Shown: piece by piece, positions 1-10,026 of the stretch
Layout of the letters: each line of letters opens with the position of its first letter
Numbering within the stretch: position 1 is the stretch's first letter
NCBI GenBank assembly: GCA_964291285.2
Contig: OZ219786.1
Coordinates: 192,001-256,000 of the forward strand
Source: Alphaproteobacteria bacterium
GTDB taxonomy: Bacteria; Pseudomonadota; Alphaproteobacteria; Bin95
Length of the DNA stretch: 64,000 nucleotides
Reading direction: 5' to 3'
Translations under genes and position numbers: made by a program
Notes under the pieces: generated by a model
The model's database searches: none
Seen by the model: only the letters and a program-made list of their open reading frames with translations
What the model was told of the DNA's origin: nothing

Positions 1-868
1 CTGAACTCACCATGGCGAACAGCGCATCGGCCGACGCCTGCACCTCCGGCTGCGTCAGCGTATAGTGCACGAGGGACGGGCGGGTCAGGTAAAGCGAACC
101 CTTGGCCCCGAGAATGCCTGGCGCAAAGGACGGAGCCGGGCCGGATGCATTGCCGAACGACACCATCACCCCGCGCGGCGCAAGGCAGTCCAGCGATTCC
201 TCCCAGGTCGCCTTGCCGACGCTGTCATAGACGACCGGAACGCCGGCCCCGCCGGTCAATTCGCGCACCTGCCGCGCAATGCCGCCTTGCTTGTAGTCGA
301 TCATGTGGTCGTAGCCGTAACCCTTGGCGAGTGCGCATTTCTCGGGGCCGCCTGCCGTGCCGATCACGGTCGCGCCGAGCGCCTTGGCCCACTGCCCGGC
401 GATCAGGCCGACGCCGCCGGCCGCAGCGTGGAACAGGATGGTCTGGCCCGCCGACACCTTGAAGGTGCGGTTGAGCAGGTATTCGACGGTCATGCCCTTC
501 AGCATCATTGCAGCGGCCTGCCTGTCGTCGATTTCGTCCGGCAACTTCACCAGCCGGTCGGCGGGCATCACGCGCGCTTCCGAATAGGAACCGGGGGCGC
601 CGCCCGCATAGGCCGCCCTGTCGCCCGGCCGGACATGCCCGACACCTTCCCCGACCGCTTCGACGACGCCCGCCCCCTCGCTGCCGAGCCCGCTCGGCAT
701 GGGCAGGTCGTAGAGGCCGGACCGGTGGTAGGTGTCGATATAGTTCAGCCCGATTGCGGTATGGCGGATCAGCGCTTCGCCGGGGCCGGGCTCGCCGACC
801 GTCACCGTACGCAACTCCATCGCCGACGGGGGACCGGGCCTGTCGATCTGTATGGCTTTGACCTGCAT
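1..868 (-). CDS. qor: NADPH:quinone oxidoreductase (zeta-crystallin/MDR family), 3' end runs off the window
   Basis: Manual translation from the ATG at 868 gives MQVKAIQIDRPGPPSAM...AIGLNYIDTYHRSGLY...GSEGAGVVEAVG...HAAAGGVGL, the typical Qor motifs. It is absent from the ORF track because no stop falls inside the window. Confidence 0.88.
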   Translation of the reverse strand, partial: MQVKAIQIDRPGPPSAMELRTVTVGEPGPGEALIRHTAIGLNYIDTYHRSGLYDLPMPSGLGSEGAGVVEAVGEGVGHVRPGDRAAYAGGAPGSYSEARVMPADRLVKLPDEIDDRQAAAMMLKGMTVEYLLNRTFKVSAGQTILFHAAAGGVGLIAGQWAKALGATVIGTAGGPEKCALAKGYGYDHMIDYKQGGIARQVRELTGGAGVPVVYDSVGKATWEESLDCLAPRGVMVSFGNASGPAPSFAPGILGAKGSLYLTRPSLVHYTLTQPEVQASADALFAMVSS

Positions 869-936
869 CCTGCCTCACTTTATGTAGCGTCGTCCCGTTG
901 TTTCGCGCATCGCTGCAGATTCCGCAAGGAGCATCC

Positions 937-2148
937 ATGACCCGTTACGCCGACATGCCGGAAGGTATGGCCAGGCATCTGGCCCGCCTGCCGCTGCCCG
1001 AAATCGAGGGCGGCGCCTTCGTTTCCGGGCCGACGCTTTCCGAACGCCGGGTCGCCGTGGTTTCCTCCGCAGGCCTCGGCAGGCGCGGAGACCGTCCGTT
1101 CGGTCCCGGAGCTGTCGATTACCGGGTGCTGCCGACGGATACCGACGCCAATGACATCCTGATGAGCCACATTTCGGTCAATTACGACCGGACCGGCTTC
1201 CAGCAGGACCTCAACATCGTCTATCCCGTGGAGCGGCTCGAAGAAATGGCCGCCCGCGGCGAGATCGGCGGCGTTGCGGCCCACCATTATTCCTTCATGG
1301 GCGCGAGCGACCCCGCGCCGATGCAGCCCTTCGCCGAGGATGTCGCGGCCGCCATGCAGGCCGAAGGCGTCGATACGGCGCTGCTGGTGCCCGTCTGACC
1401 AAACTGCACGCGCGCCGTGTGCGCGCTTGCCCACTATCTGGAGCGCAAGGGCATCGCGACGGTGGTTATCGCCCTCGTCCACGAACATGCCGAGGCGATT
1501 GCCAATCCGCGCACGCTTTCCGTGCCGTTCGAGCTCGGCAGGCCGCTCGGTGCGCCTGACAATCCGGAGTTCCAGCTCCGTGTGTTGCGCGCCGCCCTTG
1601 CGCTGCTCGACCGGCCCGCCGGCCCGGTGCTGGACGAGTTTCCCGATCCCGCGCCGGAGCCCGCCGATTACGAGGGCTGGGCCTGTCCCGTGTCCCTTCC
1701 CCGGCCCGAGACCGCCCTGGACGGCAAACACGAGCGGCTTGTTGTCGATGAAATTGCCCGCCTTCGGCCGTGGTGGGACCTTGCTAAGGAACGGCGCGGG
1801 AGGACCACGGTCGGCGCCAGCGGCTACGAGATCGAGGACGCCGCGAGGCTTGTCAGCCGTTATGCGGACGGCGCGGACCCGGACGACACGGACCCTGCGC
1901 GCAAGCTTTCCCGCTCCCTGAAGCTCGCCTGCGACGACCTGATGGCCTTCTACACCGAAGCCGCTACGGCACAGCCCGGCGCGGTTGCCTCGCAGGATCT
2001 GTCGGACTGGTTCTGGGGTGAAACGGCGGGCGGCAAGGCACTGCTCGCGGTCCGCGAGCGCGCGGCCGGCGAGGACGACAGGGGCATGCAACTTCTCGGC
2101 AGCCTGCTCATCCTGCCCAGAAGCCAGGTTCACCGCGCCGGGGCCTAG
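937..2148 (+). CDS. Glycine/sarcosine/betaine/D-proline reductase selenoprotein B-like protein (GrdB/PrdB family), UGA at 1396-1398 probably read as selenocysteine
   Basis: ORFs 898-1398 and 1417-2148 share a frame, and the join reads LLVPV-UGA-PNCTRAV (UxxC). The N-terminal part has the GrdB/PrdB-like motifs VAVVSSAG, DLNIVYPVERL and YSFMG. An AAGGAG RBS precedes ATG 937. Confidence 0.8.
1406..1422 (+). promoter_or_regulatory. Candidate bacterial SECIS hairpin just downstream of the UGA
   Basis: GCACGCG-CGC-CGTGTGC forms a 7-bp stem with one G-U pair, starting 7 nt after the UGA. Confidence 0.5.
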
Positions 2149-2179
2149 AAATAGCCTGATTCTTGGGCCTATATGACGC

Positions 2180-4237
2180 ATGGCGCGCCAGGGCGACAAA
2201 AGAGGCAGGGGAAACGCCGGGCAGCGGCGCCGGGGCGGTCCGAGCCTGCGCAAAGGGCCGGGGGGAAAGTCCGGGCCGGCCCCGGAATCGCCACATTCAC
2301 CGGGCAGAACGCTCGGGAACAAACGGCCCGGAAAAGTGGCGCCCAAACGGAAATCACCCAGCCGGACCGGACGCCGGACAAGAAGGGCGGGCGGCGCGCG
2401 CCGGTCCCTGCTGCGGCGTCTCGTCTCCGGGATGACGGTCGCCTTCGTCTGGGGCCTTGTCGCACTGATCGCGGTGCTCGCCTATTTCTCCTACACGCTG
2501 CCCGATGTCGAGCGGATGGCGGAAAGCGGTCGGCGGCCGGGCATTTTCCTGAACGATGTGGACGGCAACCCCGTTCTGGCGAAGGGGGACCTCTACGGCG
2601 ACCCGGTCGATGCGTCGCGGCTTCCGCCCTATCTGCCGCGCGCCGTCATTGCCATCGAGGACCGGCGCTTCTACGAGCATGGCGGCATCGACCCGATCGG
2701 CCTGGCGCGGGCGCTCTGGGTCAACATCGTCGAGGGAGGCGTGCGCCAGGGCGGCAGCACGATCACCCAGCAGCTTGCGAAGAACGTCTTCCTGACGCCG
2801 GAGCGGTCGATCGAGCGAAAGATCCGCGAGGCGCTGCTCGCCTTCTGGCTGGAGTGGCGCTACGACAAGAACCACATCATTTCGCTTTATCTCAACCGGG
2901 CCTATTTCGGGTCTGGAGCCTATGGCGTCGATGCCGCCGCGCGGCGCTTCTTCTCCAAGCCGGCGGCCGAAGTCGATCTCTGGGAAGCCGCCGTGCTGGC
3001 CGGGCTGCTGAAGGCGCCGAGCCGGTTGTCGCCCGTCGCCAATCCGGGCGGCGCGGCAGAGCGGGGGCGGCTTGTGCTGAAGGCGATGGCAAGCGCCGGC
3101 TTCATTTCCGGTGAGCAGGCCGCGCAGGCGGCCGCCTCCACCTTGCGGACGACGACGGAACCGGACGGCCGGGGCTATTTCGCGGACTGGGTGCTGGCGC
3201 AGGTGAACCGGCGTCTGGGAATGGTGGACCGCGACCTCCGGATTGCCACGACCTTCGATCCCGGCCTGCAGCGCCTCGCGGCGGAAACGGTCGCCGCGGC
3301 GCTGGCGGACAGGACAAACCCGTCCCAGGTCGCCCTTGTGGCCATGTCGCCCGACGGCGCGGTGCGGGCCATGGTGGGCGGCAGGAACTACGGCGCGAGC
3401 CAATTCAACCGCGCGACGCAGGCGCTTCGCCAGCCGGGCTCCGCCTTCAAGCTGTTCGTCTATATGGCGGCGCTGGAGCGGGGCCTGCGTCCGGACGACA
3501 CCGTGACCGACGCCCGTGTCAACGTCGGAGGATGGGCGCCCGGGAACTTCGACGGCCGGTTCCGCGGCTCGGTCGCCATGCGGGAGGCCTTCGCCCAGTC
3601 GCTGAACGCCGCCGCCGTCCGCCTCGCCGACCGTGCCGGGCGCGCCCGCGTCGCCGAGGCGGCGCGCCGCCTCGGCATCACATCGGACCTTGCGCCCGAT
3701 CTCACCATTGCGCTCGGGTCCAGCAGCGTGAGGCTGATCGAGCTGACCGGCGCCTACGCTACCTTCGCCAATGGCGGCGCAGGCGTGATCCCGTACGGCG
3801 TTCGGGAGATCGAGGGCGTGTTCGAGCGGTCCGGCACCGGCGCGGGCGAGGCGGTGGCGCCCGGCGTGGTGGCGTCCATGAACGACCTGCTTGCCGCCGT
3901 CGTTTCCCAGGGTACCGGCAAAGCCGCGCGGCTGGCCGGCCGCCCGGCCGCCGGCAAGACGGGCACCAGCCAGTCCTTCCGAGACGCCTTCTTCGTCGGT
4001 TTCACCGGCAATCTGGTCGCCGGTGTGTGGGTCGGCAACGATGACGGCGCGCCGATGGACGAGGTGACGGGCGGCGGCCTGCCGGCGCGTATCTGGCACG
4101 ATTTCATGGCGGCGGCGCATGAAGGCGCGCCCGTGCGGCCGATCCCCGGCCTCGGTTCCGGCAGGGCGCCCTCCCCCTTCCGGCCGAAGATCACCGGCGG
4201 CGCCTCCGCCACACCTGACCCGTCCAACGACCCTTAA
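2180..4237 (+). CDS. Class A penicillin-binding protein (PBP1A family transglycosylase/transpeptidase)
   Basis: One TM helix; transglycosylase motifs EDRRFYEHGG and GGSTITQQLAKN; transpeptidase motifs SAFK, SLN and KTGT. Confidence 0.93.
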   Translation: MARQGDKRGRGNAGQRRRGGPSLRKGPGGKSGPAPESPHSPGRTLGNKRPGKVAPKRKSPSRTGRRTRRAGGARRSLLRRLVSGMTVAFVWGLVALIAVLAYFSYTLPDVERMAESGRRPGIFLNDVDGNPVLAKGDLYGDPVDASRLPPYLPRAVIAIEDRRFYEHGGIDPIGLARALWVNIVEGGVRQGGSTITQQLAKNVFLTPERSIERKIREALLAFWLEWRYDKNHIISLYLNRAYFGSGAYGVDAAARRFFSKPAAEVDLWEAAVLAGLLKAPSRLSPVANPGGAAERGRLVLKAMASAGFISGEQAAQAAASTLRTTTEPDGRGYFADWVLAQVNRRLGMVDRDLRIATTFDPGLQRLAAETVAAALADRTNPSQVALVAMSPDGAVRAMVGGRNYGASQFNRATQALRQPGSAFKLFVYMAALERGLRPDDTVTDARVNVGGWAPGNFDGRFRGSVAMREAFAQSLNAAAVRLADRAGRARVAEAARRLGITSDLAPDLTIALGSSSVRLIELTGAYATFANGGAGVIPYGVREIEGVFERSGTGAGEAVAPGVVASMNDLLAAVVSQGTGKAARLAGRPAAGKTGTSQSFRDAFFVGFTGNLVAGVWVGNDDGAPMDEVTGGGLPARIWHDFMAAAHEGAPVRPIPGLGSGRAPSPFRPKITGGASATPDPSNDP

Positions 4238-4249
4238 GCCCGCCCGGCT

Positions 4250-4876
4250 CTACCCCGCCGGGAGCGTTGCCGCGCGGAAACGGTCCTTGGAGAGCGCGGC
4301 GTCTAGGGAACGCCTAATGACGGGCGGCGGCGCGTCCGGGGTAATCCTGAGCAGTACGAACGAGGTGCCGTTGGCTTCGCGCAGCAGCCGGCCGGCCTCT
4401 TCGATCCCGTCTGCTTCAGACACCGAGCGGACCGCCGGGATTCCCGCCCCGGACGCCATCGCGGCGAGGTCCACGCCGAGCGAGGTGTGGCTCTTCTGGT
4501 AGCCGGTCTCGCCGTAGTGGCCGTTATCGACGCAGACGATGGAGAGGTTGGGCGGGTTCAGGATCGCCACGGTCGCAAGCGAACCCACATTCATCAAGAG
4601 CTCGCCATCGCCCGTCAGCACCAGCACGCTGCGGTCGGGCCGCGCAAGCGCAAGTCCGAGCCCCATGGCGACCGCGCCGCCCATGACGCCCGCACAGGCG
4701 AAATAGTTGGCCTCGGGCTCGCACATGGCCGCCGTGTCCCTTGCCGTGCCGGCCAGGCCCGCGACGATCAGCCAGTCCTGCGGATTGCCCACCAGCGCGG
4801 GCACGGCTTCGCGCCTGTCGAGCGTGCCGACGGGGCTCATTTCTACCGCGGTTCCGGCCCGGAACGCCTCGTTCAT
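4250..4876 (-). CDS. TPP-dependent decarboxylase beta subunit (sulfopyruvate/phosphonopyruvate decarboxylase-like)
   Basis: TPP-binding motif GDGELLMN...DNGHYGETG. The start is either 4876 or 4840. Confidence 0.8.
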   Translation of the reverse strand: MNEAFRAGTAVEMSPVGTLDRREAVPALVGNPQDWLIVAGLAGTARDTAAMCEPEANYFACAGVMGGAVAMGLGLALARPDRSVLVLTGDGELLMNVGSLATVAILNPPNLSIVCVDNGHYGETGYQKSHTSLGVDLAAMASGAGIPAVRSVSEADGIEEAGRLLREANGTSFVLLRITPDAPPPVIRRSLDAALSKDRFRAATLPAG

Positions 4877-4892
4877 CGCTTCCACTCCCCCG

Positions 4893-5399
4893 TCAAAACG
4901 CCTTGGCGCCAATCAATTTCTGCGTGAGCAGAACGCCCACCGCCTGCCCCGACCGGAACACCATGGTGCAGGCCGCGCGCATCGCGCCTTCGACATCCTC
5001 GGGCCGATCGATCCGCATGGTGACGAAACCCATCGCCTCCATCACCGGCTCGACCGCCTGCCCCATCGGCATCTGCCACGGATTGCCCTCGCCGAAATCG
5101 CCGCGCATCGACACCAGCACCAGCATCGGAAAGAGGCCGTTCTTCACCAGCGAGAACATGTTGACGCAGTTGCCGATGCCCGAGGACTGCATGGCCGCAA
5201 CGCCGCGCGCCCCGCCCAGATGGGCGCCGGCCAGCATGGCGATGCCCTCCTCCTCCGTGGTTAGCGGCACGGAATGCATCTCCGGGTCTTCGAGAGACTT
5301 GTCGATCAGCACCCGGTGGCCCGCGTCCGGCACATAGCTCACCTGGCTGACATCGAACTCCTTGAGGACCCGGTAGAGGTCCTCCTGCCAATCCGTCAT
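4893..5399 (-). CDS. TPP-dependent decarboxylase alpha subunit (ComD/Ppd-alpha-like)
   Basis: Motifs YVPDAGH, TTEEEGIA, MQSSGIGN and SMRGDFGEGNPWQ; adjacent to the beta subunit. Confidence 0.8.
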   Translation of the reverse strand: MTDWQEDLYRVLKEFDVSQVSYVPDAGHRVLIDKSLEDPEMHSVPLTTEEEGIAMLAGAHLGGARGVAAMQSSGIGNCVNMFSLVKNGLFPMLVLVSMRGDFGEGNPWQMPMGQAVEPVMEAMGFVTMRIDRPEDVEGAMRAACTMVFRSGQAVGVLLTQKLIGAKAF

Positions 5400-5427
5400 C
5401 GCTTCAAGTCCTCTTGGAAAAAAGGGT

Positions 5428-6396
5428 TCACAACTGCGCGCGAACCGCCGCTGCAATGGCGTCCGGGCCCACGCGCAGCATGTCCTCAAGCGGCTTTGCG
5501 TAGGGGATCGGCACGCGCGGCGCGCCGAGGCGCTTTACCGGCGCCTTCAGGCTGCCGAACAGGGATTCCGAGACGGTTGCAGCAACCTCGGCCCCGAAGC
5601 CGCCGACCGAGACCGCTTCATGCGCCACCACCAGCCGCCCGGTCCTGCGCACCGAGGCCAGCACCGCCTCGCGGTCCCACGGCCAGAGCGTGCGCAGGTC
5701 GATGACCTCCACCGACACGCCTTCCTCCGCCAGCATCTCCGCCGCAGCAACGGCATTGCGGACCGCGGCGGACCAGGAGACCACGGTTGCGTCGCCGCCC
5801 TCGCGCACGACCCGCGCGCTGCCGAGCGTATCGGGCGGCTCGTCCTCGCCGAGCTCCTCCTCGATCCCCCACAGGTCCTTGTGTTCCATATAGACCACGG
5901 GGTCGTCGCTGCGGATCGCCGCCTTCAGCAGGCGCAGATTGTCGCCCGGCGTCGAGGGCGCAACGACCGTCAGGCCCGGAATATGCACATACCAGGCCTC
6001 CAGCGATTGCGAATGCTGGGCGGCGGAGGAGCGCCACATGCCCATCGGCTCGCGCACGACCAGCGGCACGCCGCCCTGCCCGCCGAACATGTAGCGGGCC
6101 TTGGCCGCCTGGTTCACAAGCTCGTCCACGGCGCAGAGGGCGAAATCGGCGAAGCGCATCTCCACCACCGGCCGCGTGCCCGCCAGCGCCGCACCGACTG
6201 CGGAGCCGAGGATCGCCGCCTCGGAAATCGGCGCGTCCGAAATCCTGAGCGGTCCGAACTCCTCCGCCATGCCGGCATACTGCCCGAAGACGCCGCCGCG
6301 CCCGAGGTCCTCGCCGAGCGCCCACACGGTCGGGTCGCGACGCATTTCCTCGGCCAGCGCCCGCCGGCCGGCCTCCATATAGGTGGTCGTCACCAT
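5428..6396 (-). CDS. 2-oxoacid/acetoin dehydrogenase E1 beta subunit
   Basis: Motifs GEDLG, DAPISEAAI, AQHSQ and EVIDLRTL. Confidence 0.9.
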   Translation of the reverse strand: MVTTTYMEAGRRALAEEMRRDPTVWALGEDLGRGGVFGQYAGMAEEFGPLRISDAPISEAAILGSAVGAALAGTRPVVEMRFADFALCAVDELVNQAAKARYMFGGQGGVPLVVREPMGMWRSSAAQHSQSLEAWYVHIPGLTVVAPSTPGDNLRLLKAAIRSDDPVVYMEHKDLWGIEEELGEDEPPDTLGSARVVREGGDATVVSWSAAVRNAVAAAEMLAEEGVSVEVIDLRTLWPWDREAVLASVRRTGRLVVAHEAVSVGGFGAEVAATVSESLFGSLKAPVKRLGAPRVPIPYAKPLEDMLRVGPDAIAAAVRAQL

Positions 6397-7388
6397 CGGA
6401 ACGCCGCCTCGCGCGGGTCGCCGACATCCTGCACGTCCGCATAGAGCGCCGCCGTCTCCGGCCAGGGCGCCGCCTTCGCCTCCTCATAAGCCGCCTGCAT
6501 CTCCGCGACGGCAGCTTCGCGGTGGCCCGATAGCGTTTCCCCGGCGACGCCATGCGCGCGCAGCGTGTCGGCGGCGCGGGCGATGGGGTCGTCCTTCCAG
6601 CGCTCCTCGACTTCCCCGGCATCGCGGTAGGCGGCCTTGTCCACGGCCGTGTGGCCCGTCAATCGCCAGGTCTTCGCCCAGAGGAACTGCGGGCCGCCGC
6701 CGTCGAGGATTCGCTCGCGCAGTTCCGCCGTCACCTCCGCCATCCGGTCCACATCGTTGCCGTCCGCGGCATGGGAGGGGATGCCGAGCGCCTCGGCGCG
6801 CGCCGCCGGTCCGGGGCCGCCGGTCATCGCCTCGGTCCGCGTCGTGGCGGCGAAGGCGTTGTCCTCGCAGACGAACAGCACCGGCAGGTCGAAGACCCGC
6901 GCCCAGTTCAACCCTTCCAGGAACGGCCCGCGATTGACCGCGCCGTCGCCGAAGATGCAGCAGACGATGCGCCGCTCGCCCTTGAGCCGCACGGCATGGG
7001 CCGCACCCGCGGCAATGTTGATGTTCGCGCCGACGACCCCGTTCGCGCCCAGCATCCCGACCGAGAAGTCGGCAATGTGCATGGAGCCGCCCTTGCCGCC
7101 GCAATTGCCGCCTTCGCGCCCGAAGAGCTCGCGCATCATGGCGGCGGCCGACGCGCCCTTCTCCAGCGTGTGGCCGTGGCCGCGGTGGGTGGAGAGCAAC
7201 AGGTCCTCGCGCGCGAGGCTGCCGACCGCGCCCACCGCGCAGGCCTCCTGGCCGATGGACGGGTGGATGGCGCCCAGCACCAGCCCTTCCTCCAGCGCGG
7301 CGACGGCCCGCTCCTCGAAGGCGCGGATGCGGTGCATCCGCCGATGCCGGTCCGCCAGCCGTTCGAGGTCGAGATTAGGCCGGTTCAA
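6390..7388 (-). CDS. 2-oxoacid/acetoin dehydrogenase E1 alpha subunit
   Basis: Motifs GQEA, STHRGHGH, GKGGSMH and the TPP motif FGDGA...N. Confidence 0.9.
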   Translation of the reverse strand: MNRPNLDLERLADRHRRMHRIRAFEERAVAALEEGLVLGAIHPSIGQEACAVGAVGSLAREDLLLSTHRGHGHTLEKGASAAAMMRELFGREGGNCGGKGGSMHIADFSVGMLGANGVVGANINIAAGAAHAVRLKGERRIVCCIFGDGAVNRGPFLEGLNWARVFDLPVLFVCEDNAFAATTRTEAMTGGPGPAARAEALGIPSHAADGNDVDRMAEVTAELRERILDGGGPQFLWAKTWRLTGHTAVDKAAYRDAGEVEERWKDDPIARAADTLRAHGVAGETLSGHREAAVAEMQAAYEEAKAAPWPETAALYADVQDVGDPREAAFRW

Positions 7389-8566
7389 AGACCGAGCACC
7401 CGCTTCGCGATGATGTTGCGCTGGATCTCGTTGGAGCCGGCGAAGATCGTATGCTTGCGGTCGTTGAAATATTTCGCGGCGAGCGCGTTGGCGTAGTCGG
7501 GCCCGACCGGCTCCTCGTTCCAGCCGTGCTCCATAGCCTCAAGCTGGTAGGGGCCCGCGTCGTAGGCCGCCGCCTCCATCTTGAGCTCCGAAAGGCGCTG
7601 CTGGATTTCGGTGCGGCGGATCTTGATCATCGACGACTCGGCGCCGATCTCCCTGTCGGCCGAAACCGCGGCCAGCATGCGGAGCATCTGCATCTCCAGC
7701 GTCTGGAGCTCGATCTCGACCTCCGCCACCTTGCGCATGAAGGTGCCGTCGCGGTCCAGCCCCTGGTCGGCCGCGATCTCCTTGAGCGAGCGCAGCCCGT
7801 TCTTCTGGCTGCCGAGCGCGCCGCCGCCCATGCGCTCGTGGCCGAGCAGGTATTTGGCGATCGTCCAGCCCTGGTCCACCTCGCCCACAAGGTTCTCGCG
7901 CGGCACCACGACATCGGTGAAGAACACCTCGTTCACCTCGTGCAGCCCCTCGATGGTGATGAGCGGCTTCACCTCGATTCCGGGCGTGGCCATGTCGATC
8001 AGGACGAAGGAGATGCCCTCCTGCCGCTTGCCGGCGCTGGACGTGCGCACGAGGCAGAAGATCCAGTTCGCCCAGTGCGCGGCGGTGGTCCAGATCTTCT
8101 GGCCGTTGATGACGAGGCGGTCGTCATGCACCTCGCAGCGGGTCTTGAGCGCGGCGAGGTCGGAGCCGGCGCCGGGTTCGGAATAGCCCTGGCAGTAGAT
8201 GCGCTCGCCGGAAAGGATGCGCGGCAGGTTCTCCCGCTTCTGCTCCTCGGTGCCGAAGGCCATCAGCACCGGCCCGCACATGGAGAGGCCGAAGGGGATC
8301 GGGCGCGGCGCGTTGGCGAGCGCCTGCTCCTCGTCCCAGATATATTTCTGCGTCACCGTCCAGCCGGGGCCGCCCCATTCCTCGGGCCAGTTGGGTGCAA
8401 TCCAGCCCTTTTCGTGCAGCGCCCTGTGCCAGGCCATCGTCTCGTCCAGCGTCGGCTGGATGCCGAGCCCGACCTTGCGCGCCACATCGCCCGGCAGCTT
8501 TTCGGCCAGGAAAGCGCGGCACTCGTCGCGAAAGGCTTCGTCTTGGGGGGCGAAATTGAGGTCCAT
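7385..8566 (-). CDS. Acyl-CoA dehydrogenase
   Basis: Motifs CQGYSEPGAGSDLA, INGQKIWT and IFAGSNEIQRNII. Confidence 0.93.
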   Translation of the reverse strand: MDLNFAPQDEAFRDECRAFLAEKLPGDVARKVGLGIQPTLDETMAWHRALHEKGWIAPNWPEEWGGPGWTVTQKYIWDEEQALANAPRPIPFGLSMCGPVLMAFGTEEQKRENLPRILSGERIYCQGYSEPGAGSDLAALKTRCEVHDDRLVINGQKIWTTAAHWANWIFCLVRTSSAGKRQEGISFVLIDMATPGIEVKPLITIEGLHEVNEVFFTDVVVPRENLVGEVDQGWTIAKYLLGHERMGGGALGSQKNGLRSLKEIAADQGLDRDGTFMRKVAEVEIELQTLEMQMLRMLAAVSADREIGAESSMIKIRRTEIQQRLSELKMEAAAYDAGPYQLEAMEHGWNEEPVGPDYANALAAKYFNDRKHTIFAGSNEIQRNIIAKRVLGL

Positions 8567-8656
8567 CAGGCAGCGTCCCGGCTCGCGTCAAACTCCCCCG
8601 GACGCTATGGCCCCCCGCCCCGGATTGCAAGACGGCGGGGCGGCAGGCGGCGCATT

Positions 8657-9601
8657 CTACTCCTCCTTGCGCGAGAAGCGGCCGCGGGAGGCTTCGTAGG
8701 CGCCGAAGAGGGCGAGGGCGAGGGCCAGCGGCATGAGGAAGTAGATGACGCGGTAGGTGATGATGCCCGCGGCCACGACGTGGGTCGGGACGGTCTCCGG
8801 CATCAGCACCAGCAGTACCGTCTCGAACACGCCGAGCCCGCCCGGCACGTGGCTGATATAGCCGGCCATGTAGGCCAGCACGTAGACGGCCACGAAATGC
8901 CAGTAGGGCATGCCGAAATCCGGCGGCAGCACCAGGTAGAGCACCGCGCTGGTGAACACCCATTCGAGGATGCCGACGCAGAACTGGACCAGCCCGTGCC
9001 TGATCTTCGGCGGCGTCACCTCGCGCTCGCCGACGCGGACGACCGGCCTGCCGCAGAGGCACCACAGGACATAGAGCGCGCCGGACAGCACCCAGACGGC
9101 CGCAACGGCGCGGACGAGGCCGGTGTCGAGTTCCAGCGCATCGGCCAGCACCGCCGCATTGGGAAGCGTCAGCAGGCCGCCCACGGAGAGCGCGCAGAGG
9201 TAATAGACGATGCCGGCGTAGAGGACGACGCGGGCGACGTCGCCGGGGGGTACGCCCCAGTCCGTGTAGAACCGGAAGCGGACCGCGCCCCCGGTGAGCG
9301 CGCCGAAGCCCAGATTGTGGCTGAAGGCGTAGGAAATGGAGGAGACGAACGCGACCCGGCCGAAGGGCATGCGCCGCCCGATATAGCGGAAGGCCGTGTG
9401 GTCGTAGGCCGCCAGCACCAGATATGCGGCAAAGGTTGCGCCTACCGCAGCAAGGGTGCGGTGGAACGGGATGGCTTCCAACTGGTGGAACAGGTCGTCC
9501 CAGCGCAGGTCCCGCAATTGCCAGGTCAGCGCCCAGACGGCGGCGGCGAAGACGGCGACCGCGGCGACGATGCCGAAATAATTCCAGAAGCGTTTCGGCA
9601 C
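8657..9601 (-). CDS. Lysylphosphatidylglycerol synthase TM-domain / YbhN-like flippase membrane protein
   Basis: Multiple TM segments with motifs HNLGFGALTGGAVRFR, VPGGLGVFE and YRVIYF. Confidence 0.82.
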   Translation of the reverse strand: MPKRFWNYFGIVAAVAVFAAAVWALTWQLRDLRWDDLFHQLEAIPFHRTLAAVGATFAAYLVLAAYDHTAFRYIGRRMPFGRVAFVSSISYAFSHNLGFGALTGGAVRFRFYTDWGVPPGDVARVVLYAGIVYYLCALSVGGLLTLPNAAVLADALELDTGLVRAVAAVWVLSGALYVLWCLCGRPVVRVGEREVTPPKIRHGLVQFCVGILEWVFTSAVLYLVLPPDFGMPYWHFVAVYVLAYMAGYISHVPGGLGVFETVLLVLMPETVPTHVVAAGIITYRVIYFLMPLALALALFGAYEASRGRFSRKEE

Positions 9602-9608
9602 CGCGCGT

Positions 9609-10016
9609 TCAGCCCGCCGGGCGGAACTTCGGGACCGTCAGCTCTTCGGAAACCTTGTCGAAGAACGCCTCGACCCGCTGGCCGATACGGACCGCCTCGA
9701 TATCGTCGGTCACGAGGTTGCTCACGATGCGCGCGCCTTCGTCCAGTTCAACGCAGGCGACGACATAGGGCGTCTCGTCCCGGAAGGCCGGCCCGGCCGG
9801 CGCGTGGCAGACGGTGAAGGAATAGACCACCCCGGTTCCGTTCGCCTCGATCCACCGGATATCGGCTTCATCCGCGCCCGGCGCAAGGCGGCGCGAATAG
9901 AGGAAGCAGCGCCCGGTCCTGCCGCAGCGCTGGATCATCAGACGGCCCTCGCGCGCGCCGGTCCAGTAGGGCTCCGATTCGGCGTCGATGGCGGGCACCG
10001 GCTTGTCGTAGGCCAT
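9609..10016 (-). CDS. DUF35 Zn-ribbon/OB-fold protein (thiolase partner)
   Basis: Motifs PYWTGAREGRL, GVVYSFT and VELDEGARI; lies directly downstream of the thiolase. Confidence 0.85.
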   Translation of the reverse strand: MAYDKPVPAIDAESEPYWTGAREGRLMIQRCGRTGRCFLYSRRLAPGADEADIRWIEANGTGVVYSFTVCHAPAGPAFRDETPYVVACVELDEGARIVSNLVTDDIEAVRIGQRVEAFFDKVSEELTVPKFRPAG

Positions 10017-10026
10017 GAGCCGGACT

